Positions 1 through 8,400 of a stretch of DNA of 11,994 nt are shown here, in pieces. The notes below the pieces were generated by a model. The model worked only from the letters and a program-made list of their open reading frames with translations, made no database searches and had not been told where the DNA came from. The translations under genes and the position numbers were made by a program. Position 1 is the stretch's first letter. Each line of letters starts with the position of its first letter. The DNA is from Candidatus Thorarchaeota archaeon SMTZ1-45 (GTDB taxonomy: Archaea > Asgardarchaeota > Thorarchaeia > Thorarchaeales > Thorarchaeaceae), in NCBI GenBank assembly GCA_001563335.1, contig LRSL01000099.1, positions 1 through 11,994 of the forward strand, in the 5' to 3' direction.

Positions 1-1685
1 GAGTTTATGGACGGTGCATCCCACCCTTCTCCAAGGAGTGACTTCGTACCAACTAGAACATTCACACCACCCTTTGAGAACAGTTCTGTTATGAGTTGCA
101 CAGCCTTCTGTCGATCCATCCCCCTGACTGTCACAGTAGAGTAATTTGGGTCAGCAATGGGTTTGACCGAAATTGATTCACGGAGTATCTCACAACTGTC
201 AGCACTTTCCAGGAGGAGTTCTGTCGAATCTGTAGGGATGATTATCAATGAACCACTCAGAACACCAAGCCTGATGCCACTGAGATTCGACCGTCTAATC
301 TCCTCAAAGATGGGCACAACACCAATCTTATCCAGTTCCGGAAGGTCTTGTTCACTCTTGGGGAGATAGGCTTTTCTTATGTAATCAGTTAAAATGACCA
401 TCCGTAGATTCTCGCCAAGTGTCTTAAGTTCCATTGTAACTATTGCTTGGACTGCATAGAGTTTTGTGATGCTTCGTTTCAGTACTGCGTCAAGTTTTCT
501 TGTGCTAATCAGATTCACATCTCTTCTTTCTAGAGCATCAATTCGATAGAGCCTGTCCCTAATTCGCTTCAGTGGTGGGGACAAGTCCTTAGGATCTACA
601 TCCGGGGGAAACAATATTCCTTCGAGCAAGGTTTCCAACCATTCCTTGTTGAACCAAGGTATTCCGAACTGCTCACCAGCGATGAGCTTGATTGCTTGTT
701 CTGGTAACACTACTTTTCGATGTTTCAGGTAGACAAGCATACTGGAAAAGAATGATGGATCTTCGAGAATCTCAATAACGTATGCTTCAGGATCTTTTAA
801 CCACTGGTGGTTCTTGACTTCTTCCAAGAACTCATCGTCTGTTTCGATGTCCTTGACAAACCTTTCTACTGATTGCTTGAACTCCTTCAGTTTGCTACCT
901 TCGATAAGACTTGGATATGTGAAAAGAACGAGATCTTGGTGGGGACAGAGATTTCCTTCCTTCACAAGTTCAGGTACAGACACTTCCGCATCAACAGGAC
1001 CACAAAGGTCCATATATCGCTCCCACTCAAACATTGAAACGTCATATGGTGGTGTCGCAGTTAAGGCTAGAACCTTACTGTCTTCCAATCCACTAACTAC
1101 TCTCGTAAGGCAACGCCACCAATTCGATCGTAGATGATGAGCTTCATCTAACACAATGGTCTTCACCGATAGATCCTGTAGTCGCTTGATTACATTGTGC
1201 TCACTCTGAACATTTTCCTGAACGTCGATGCTGTTGCTGTTATTGTTGCTTAGCTCTTCTTCTTCATCATCAGCATCAAAATCATCATTATCTTCAGAGT
1301 CAGGTTCTTCTGTGTACAATGTGTAGTCTTCTTCCAAGACCCCAGAACAAGCACTGTACAGGCCTTGATATGTTGAAACCGTTAGGAATTTTGGATTATG
1401 GATGTCGGTGGAAATCCAGTCTGGTGTTTCACTCCCTTCAGGTAAGAAGAAGCCTACTAGCCTTGAGACCCATTGATCACGAATTGCTAGGGTAGGAGCT
1501 AATATGAGTGAAGGCTGGTCTATCCTTCTCATCACTTCTAGTCCTAGGAGTGTCTTTCCAGACCCTGGAGCCGCAACGACATGTAGTCTGTTGTCATCCA
1601 GGTGTTCCTCAAGCTCACCTAGAACGCGTGCTTGGTATGGCCTCCAAGTGTAACGAAAATTGATTTCTGAGGGGAATTTCTTCAT
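1..1685 (-). CDS. Superfamily-2 DEAH-box helicase (ResIII/SSL2-like), 3' end truncated by the window edge
   Basis: Manual translation from ATG at 1685 gives MKKFPSEINFRYTWRPYQARVLGELEEHLDDNRLHVVAAPGSGKTLLGLEV..., open to position 1. Motifs: Q-motif WRPYQ, Walker A APGSGKT (1551-1571), Ia LILAPTLAIRDQW, II VLDEAHH (DEAH 1137-1148), III LTATP (TAT 1053-1061), V LLGEGWDAP near the edge. SD-like GGTGAATGAGGA lies upstream. Absent from the ORF track, presumably because there is no stop codon in the window. Confidence 0.92.
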   Translation of the reverse strand, partial: MKKFPSEINFRYTWRPYQARVLGELEEHLDDNRLHVVAAPGSGKTLLGLEVMRRIDQPSLILAPTLAIRDQWVSRLVGFFLPEGSETPDWISTDIHNPKFLTVSTYQGLYSACSGVLEEDYTLYTEEPDSEDNDDFDADDEEEELSNNNSNSIDVQENVQSEHNVIKRLQDLSVKTIVLDEAHHLRSNWWRCLTRVVSGLEDSKVLALTATPPYDVSMFEWERYMDLCGPVDAEVSVPELVKEGNLCPHQDLVLFTYPSLIEGSKLKEFKQSVERFVKDIETDDEFLEEVKNHQWLKDPEAYVIEILEDPSFFSSMLVYLKHRKVVLPEQAIKLIAGEQFGIPWFNKEWLETLLEGILFPPDVDPKDLSPPLKRIRDRLYRIDALERRDVNLISTRKLDAVLKRSITKLYAVQAIVTMELKTLGENLRMVILTDYIRKAYLPKSEQDLPELDKIGVVPIFEEIRRSNLSGIRLGVLSGSLIIIPTDSTELLLESADSCEILRESISVKPIADPNYSTVTVRGMDRQKAVQLITELFSKGGVNVLVGTKSLLGEGWDAPSIN

Positions 1686-1724
1686 TGTAAGTTGGTCCTC
1701 ATTCACCACGTCGAATAGTAGGCA

Positions 1725-1770
1725 ATGTTTTCGCTATTAATCGATTTCGTGCGCCTATATCAGTATTAAG
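1725..1770 (-). promoter_or_regulatory. Candidate BRE/TATA promoter for the helicase
   Basis: The minus strand reads GAAATCGATTAATAGC and CTTAATAC, AT-rich TATA-like boxes about 50-80 nt upstream of the ATG. Motif match by eye only. Confidence 0.3.
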
Positions 1771-1774
1771 AAGG

Positions 1775-2269
1775 TCATTTTCTTCGCAAAACAGCTCTTG
1801 CAAGCTTGAGACCCGGCTCGACTATTAATTGCTGAAGAATCATACGGAGACGCTCACTTCTTCTGGCGTATCTAGCAATGGGGGGTGACACCTCATAGTA
1901 CGTTCGAATCGCAATGCGGCCTATTGGGTGACCATTTAGCCACTCATCTCGAAAATTCCTCAAGAGGTCGATTTTCGGATGAAGTGGAGTACCAAAAACA
2001 GCTGTAGCGATGAAGCATTCTGTTTCATGTTCTCTACAATATACCTCATCATTCTCCACCCTCTTCTTATGCTTCTCACAAAGGAAAACATGTGTCTGGC
2101 ATGTAACACAATTTCCAACTGGGTCCGTTCCCTCTTTGAGAGGGATTCCACATCTGTCACAAGTTGCGTGTGATATACCATCGGATAAGTTGGCTCCACA
2201 CTTGGAACACTCTGACTCACCCAAGTCACATATTGCCCCGCAATAACGACATTCGACTTTCTTTGGCAT
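1775..2269 (-). CDS. Zinc-ribbon/zinc-finger protein with C-terminal CFI-box-CTERM domain
   Basis: CRYC-x10-CSKC ribbon, then C-x2-C-x13-C-x2-C-x6-C-x2-H-x10-C-x2-H, then CFIATAVFG...LLRNFRDEWL...GRIAIRTYYEVSPPIA, the CFI-box-CTERM signature. Strong SD AGGGGTGA 3 nt before the ATG. Confidence 0.88.
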   Translation of the reverse strand: MPKKVECRYCGAICDLGESECSKCGANLSDGISHATCDRCGIPLKEGTDPVGNCVTCQTHVFLCEKHKKRVENDEVYCREHETECFIATAVFGTPLHPKIDLLRNFRDEWLNGHPIGRIAIRTYYEVSPPIARYARRSERLRMILQQLIVEPGLKLARAVLRRK

Positions 2270-2480
2270 GCTTCACCCCTCAATTGAGATCCTCGTGAAG
2301 GAACCTTTCATATGTACCATCGAAATTGTCGATAAAAGGATTGCTTGAAGTGTTTTAATACTCGAAGGATTTTGCGTGCGAAGTTATTAATGGAGATTTC
2401 CTAATATTAGACGCCACCACAGGACTTCTTCTGCATCAGAAGACGCCAATTTTTCTGTGGATTCGCGATGGTTGTAGGGG
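2270..2480. promoter_or_regulatory. Divergent promoter region between the zinc-finger gene and the giant membrane protein gene
   Basis: 211-nt gap between head-to-head starts, with TATA-like TTTTAATA (~2352-2359), GTTATTAA (2383-2390) and the palindrome CTAATATTAG (2401-2410). Confidence 0.5.
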
Positions 2481-5400
2481 ATGAATGTGCAGGAAAAAGG
2501 ACTCGAAAGAGCAAGCCGATTGGCAGATAGGATTCAGCTATTTGCCTTGGTCGTTGTCCTCCTGATTATTTCCACAGCTGTTTGGCTTGCTTCTTATTTT
2601 CTGATTCAGCCCTTTGTTCAAGACACTCTTGTTCAGATGTTGATTGCAACAGCAGTTAGCCTTGCACTTGCAGGACTCATTTTGGTGTGGAGGAAACGAG
2701 TGATTCCCGGTGCATTTCTCTTCTTCATCAGTGCGGGAATCATAGCTCTTTCACTAGCGTTATTCTGGCAGTCGTTTCAAGGGTATGTTCTCAGTCTTCA
2801 TGGATTTCTACTCGCATCGCTTGCGATTCTGAATAGTCTACGTAATAGAGAAAAAATCACAAATGAAGCATATCAGAGATCGGGGTGGGTGCTGGGTTCT
2901 ATTATCATTATAACTGGCCCTCTTGGTATTGCTATCGGACTCCTAGCAATCACATCAGCTTACTCCTTCATTCTGGCCGGTTTCACTTTTTCACTTGCAG
3001 TCTACGTAATTGGTGTTCAATACATGCAGAAGTCTTCTCGACTGGGAGTCCCAAATGTTATCATAATTTCAATAGCTCCAACTATGTTGACTGTTGATTT
3101 CTTGATCAACTCAGCTATTCTATCTCCTGTTCTGTTGATATCCGGATTCTTCATTGCTTTTGGCACCACACTTTTTATAGCGTCCCAATGTGCCAAACGC
3201 CTTCAATCCTGGGTGGGAACAAGATGGGTCCGTAAATCACAAGAGAAAAAGGGTCGAGACTCTCTTTTTGAGGAGATTGGACTGGGAGAAGTAGTTGAGG
3301 ATGAAGAAGAGCCCCTCTTAATCCCTGATGAATGGATAATCGTTCCTGAGGATGCCAATACTCTCTCTGGGATTTCGCTTATTCTTGTAGCGGTAGGAGT
3401 TCCAACTATCTTTCTTTGGCTCTCTGAGTCAACAATATGGGGGACAGAGCTACAACTTATGGGACCCATTGCGTTCATCATTGGATTGCTCATCCTAGCA
3501 CCTTCACCAGTCTTCTTCAGGTTAGGCGAGCGACTAACGCGAGATTCAGAATACGCAGCTGTAAGAGCTATAGGTGTAGCTATTGTGCTTCTCGCATCAG
3601 CTAGCGGCTTTTTCTGGACACAGTTCTATCTCTGGCCAATTCTCATTTCATTCTCAATTTCTGTTGTCTTGTTTGCCGCAGGAATTACAGGTCTCTTCAG
3701 GCAAGTACGAAAGCTATGGCGACAGTTTTGGTTGTCAATTGTGGGCCGTTTAAGAGAACTCAAGTCATGGGTTCTGAGCAATATGCTCATCACAGGAGTT
3801 GTTGGTGATCTCACACTCTGCATCATACTATACGGTTTCATCAATCCAATCCTTCAGGTACAACCTGGATATCCTCTCTCGGTCCTAGGCATATTAGCTG
3901 CGGTCTTTTCTGGAGTGGGCATTCTTGGTCTCTCATTCTTTCGAGCACATCCTAGACGACTCCGCTTTCTATCTATAGGTGTAATGTTGCTTCTCAGTTC
4001 GTTGGTCCTAGTCACGTTCTGGCAGTTCTACGATATCATGCTGTTTGCTGTGCTCGATTCAATTGCCTACTCTCTTCTTTGGTTCCTAGGCTCAATTGCG
4101 CTCTTCAAGTTTGGAATCAGTCGACTCAAAATCGGACTCGCATATCTGCCTGGATTCCTCGCAGCAGTATACTTGACTTGGATGCTTGAGGCACCCCTAC
4201 CGACATACCAGTTTCCCATTCTAACAGTGCTGCTCATTATTACATTGCCCGGACCTATCCTGCATATTGAATACCGAAAAGCTGGAGGCGCTCTATTGTA
4301 TGGGGCTCGTAGACTTGGGACCTCCCTGTATAACGCACTCATATACCTCGGCCGAGTCCTGCTTAAATTCATCCTCATCTCCTGGGCGCTGATTGTTGTT
4401 GCTGTTCTGACCTTCGTGGCCTGGCAGTGGCTTGCACCATACTATAGTTGGAATCTTTTGCCAATTCTGGGTTGGATCACACTAGCCTTCTTTCTGGCAT
4501 ATATCCCAGCAATCGGACGCGCAGAGGAATCACCCTCCTATCTCATGCAGGTCTGCATCCTGGGAATTGCTTTGGCACTTGGAGTTCTCGTATTCTTCTA
4601 TACCCAACTTCTACATACCTTACTTCGTGTTCTTGCATCAGCGTTAGTCACTTGGCTTGTGCTAACAATTGCGAAAAATAAATTCCCTGAAGAAGCCCAA
4701 GTCTTCTTTTTCCCTACAGCCTGGATCATGACCTTGTCGCTGGTATGCAGCTGGATATTCCTAACAGCCACTGGGAATATGGGAGAGATACAATCAGGTC
4801 TGCTCGCAATGGTCATTTTCGGGCTCGGATTATTACCCTTGAAATTGATGGGTGCACCACCTCGAGTCGTCAATACTCTCTACACAGCACTCGCAGTTCC
4901 ATCTGCTGTATTGCTAACATATCTGGTATTTGCTGACTATCTTCTTACCTTGACAGCATTGTTTTTAGCTCCAATACCTGTTGCCTACAAGCAATACGGG
5001 AAAGTAATCAGCGCAGTTGGTAATGCGGCACTGATAGCCCTCCGAGTATTCTTCGCATATATCGCGATATATCTGATTATAGCTGTTGCGCTTTTCTCGT
5101 TACTCCCAGCTGCATTACTAGTCTATTACTTGTTACCGTTATTCTCCTTCCATTCTTTACCAGTTGCACCAATTGTAATTACTTTCATACTACTCTGGAT
5201 GTGCCTCTGGCTTCCAGCTCTCTACTTGCGAAGATCAGAGAATTTACGCCTCCATTCAGTAGTTCTCATTATTCTATGCGCAGCGGTCAGTTTAGACTTG
5301 GTTGTTTTACTCCAGATTTCAGATCCGATTCTTACAATCCTCACTGCAGTTACGCTTTTCTCTGTTCTATTTACCATAGTGACGCCTGTTTTGGTCTTCA

Positions 5401-8400
5401 TTGAGCAGAGAGCTCGGTCTGCTGCATTCGCAATTAGCGTGATTCTATTGCTAGGTCTCTACCTGGCACCATTCGATCTTATTCCCAAAATCTTACTAGC
5501 TATATTTGGTATCGGACTCATAGCAACGCCAGTTCTCAGTAAGGCAAACAGAGTGCTCATTGCATACCCTGTAGTCACATGTTCTTTGCTTGCCTTCCTG
5601 TTCTGGTATTTCGATTTGCACACACTGGATGCAAGACTTGTTGCTGTTGGATATGTGGCAATTGAATCAATGCTTCTCTCAGTGCCTGAGCAACTAAGGA
5701 ACAAAGTCACATGGACTGTGTTTGCGGTGTCAACAGGACTGTCCCTAGCATTAGTTCTGAGTCCCTTCATGACCATCAACCTTGTTCTTGCGTCGTTAGT
5801 AGCACTCGAAATCCTGCGTTTCACACCAGGATTCAAGATTGGCGAGAAGACCGGAATGCTATTGGGTGTCGCTCGTGCTTTGTTAGTCGGCGCAACAGTA
5901 TACCTTCTGATTATATCTTGGATTCCATTGTCGAGTCCACTTAGACACCCTCTGATGGAGTTCGGTCTCTCCAGTCTGATTACAACAGCAATTCTGGCAT
6001 TTTCAATGAGGCGATTCATTTCTTCAGAAAGGCTCATTGGTCTTCAGTCTCTAGCTGTCCTCAACTTCTGTATCGTGATATTCTTCTATCTGTGGATAAT
6101 TGTTGGGGTTGATTTCCTATACTCTGCATATATTGCAGGAATCCCACTTCTCGTATTCGCAGGAGTTCTCTCAACTGGAGATACTTTCAAACGAGCTGGC
6201 TGGGTGATGTTTTGCATTGTCATAACAGCGATGATTTCAGGCAGCTGGTTTACCTATTATCGTTCTATTGAATCGTTGTGGTTATGCATCACGACAGCCA
6301 TTTTTCTAACGAGCTCACTTAGATTGACAGATCCGAAAGGACATGAGGACATTGCAGGAAAGACAAATGTTGCTATTGGCACATTGATACTCATGCTGGA
6401 AACCATCTGGGTCTGGCACTGTTTCTTAGTGTTCCTCTATGAAATGAATGTCGTTCTTGCAGGAGTGGGCGTCCTCCTGACTCCTGTACTTCTAATGCCT
6501 TTGAGGAGTGCTATATCCTGGGATGCATTTCGAATCCTTTGGGGAGTTGTTAGTACAACGATTGCAGTTTCACTAGGCTCACTCATCTCAGGGTGGAACC
6601 TATATGACCTCATTTTGCCTACAGAACCCTATCTTACTTTTGGCATTATACTATCTCTTTTCTCATTCCTGTCCACTCCTGCATATCTTTGGATTGAGAG
6701 TCGACTTAGAATCGACGAGGAACGGCTCACAGCTCGATATAGCTGGAGTCCTAGTCTTGCTGGATGGGCTGCGTTAGGTCTACAAGTCGGGACATATCTG
6801 CTGGGCGAAACACGTTTCATGTATGCTATGGGAGGACTTGGGTTTGCACTAGCTCTTCTCATCTTCTATTTTCTCACTCCTTCAAGACCAAGAACACTCT
6901 TCGTGGCTAATATTCTCATTTTAGCCTCAGCTATCGCTGTAGGAGTATGGGTTTGGGCTGAGCCTAACTTAGGAACTGCGGAGTTGATTGCACTCTTTCT
7001 CTTTGTATGGTACATACTGAGTTTACCCCTGACTCTTGCAGCAACAATGGCTTTTCTTGGATGGCTAGCCACTAAATGGCATCAACTAACTACCGCTTTC
7101 TCCCGTTTCATATCTTGGGCACGTGCTGGCTTGGCTTCTGCATTACAGCGAGCCAAAGAGATCTATAGTAGAAACAAGGCGACATTTGCCACACTCCTAC
7201 CTATTCTGATTGGTGGTCTTGTGTTCTTGTGGATGTATGATCCCATGGACGCCTCTACTATTCTTGGTTTGCCCTACAAGAATCCAGCTTTTGCAATTAC
7301 TTTGGGTCTAGCTTTGGTGGGCCTGATCTATTGGTTCGAAGCAGTTGCATTAGAGCCGAAAATAGGTAATGAGCTTCGATCCCCCTCCATGATCCTATTT
7401 GGATTCGGTGTGAACAACATCATTCTTCTCATGTCTTTGACAGCAGCATCCTATGAACTACTAGAGCTGATATTCATCCTATCATTTGCTGCATCTCTCG
7501 CCTTGATTGCACTCCTTGCACAGGCTAGTTCTTTCTCATTGAAGGTGTGGATGAGACGGATTGCCGGGACTCTTGGGATTACTCTCTTTATAACGACATA
7601 TAGAGGTCTTATCACAAATGCTGGCTTCCTACCAATACAGGCTCTGCTATATGCGGTCATCATCTTTCTTTTGGTAGAAATCCCAGTATTTTGGGTGCAA
7701 GTGAAGGCCTTCGTTGCACTCCTTGGTCGTTACGGTGCAATAATTATCAAAGCCATCAAGAACCTTGGTAGTCTTTTGCTCACGATCTTCAGAAGATTCG
7801 GCTATGTCATGTGGACCTTCTTCACATTGTTGTTCGTCGTGGTGATTGCAGTGCTTAGCAGACCCCTGTTCAGCGAGCTTCTCAATATGCCAACAGATGG
7901 TCTACTGTATGAGGTTCCAGGTTTCTCTGTACCAACAGCTATCATTGGACTGTTAATGCTCTTCATTGCAATCGTACGACGTCGTGTCAGAACACGCTTT
8001 GGTCTCTTTAGTGGACTGTACGCTGCTTTTGGTGGGGGAGTCACAGTCATTGCGTTTCTATTTGATCATGGGCACCAAGTTCTCTCCCTATTCTCAGCAA
8101 TCATTGCCATATGTGGAACCGGTTTGATGCTTAAAGGAGAGCTTCAATTGGACCCAAGGCGCATTAGCATGTTATGGTCACCAATCCCACCAAGCATATC
8201 CCTATCCTTACTCTACTACATGCCACCAGCTTCTAGTGCACCTGATTCATTCTTACTGGCGCTGTTAATATCATTCAGTTCTACATTCATGCTTTACCTT
8301 CTTTCAACAACTGTGAATTGGATTCCGAAACGATATAGAGAATTGTTGTGGAGTATCCTAGCCATTATGACTGGCAGCATCACCTACTTTAGCTCATACC

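Noticed and set aside
157-1137. Plus-strand ORFs 157-369 and 814-1137
   Set aside because: Ser-rich antisense shadows of the helicase gene.
1-1685. Type III restriction-modification system
   Set aside because: No methyltransferase or nuclease motif is visible in the window, and ResIII-like helicase motifs alone are insufficient.
1960-2283. Overlapping ORFs 1960-2283 (-), 1979-2173 (+) and 2010-2246 (+)
   Set aside because: Alternative-frame or antisense shadows of the motif-supported zinc-finger gene.
2885-8050. Many short ORFs inside the giant gene, including 5459-6037 (-)
   Set aside because: Expected shadows of a long hydrophobic ORF, with no recognisable motifs.
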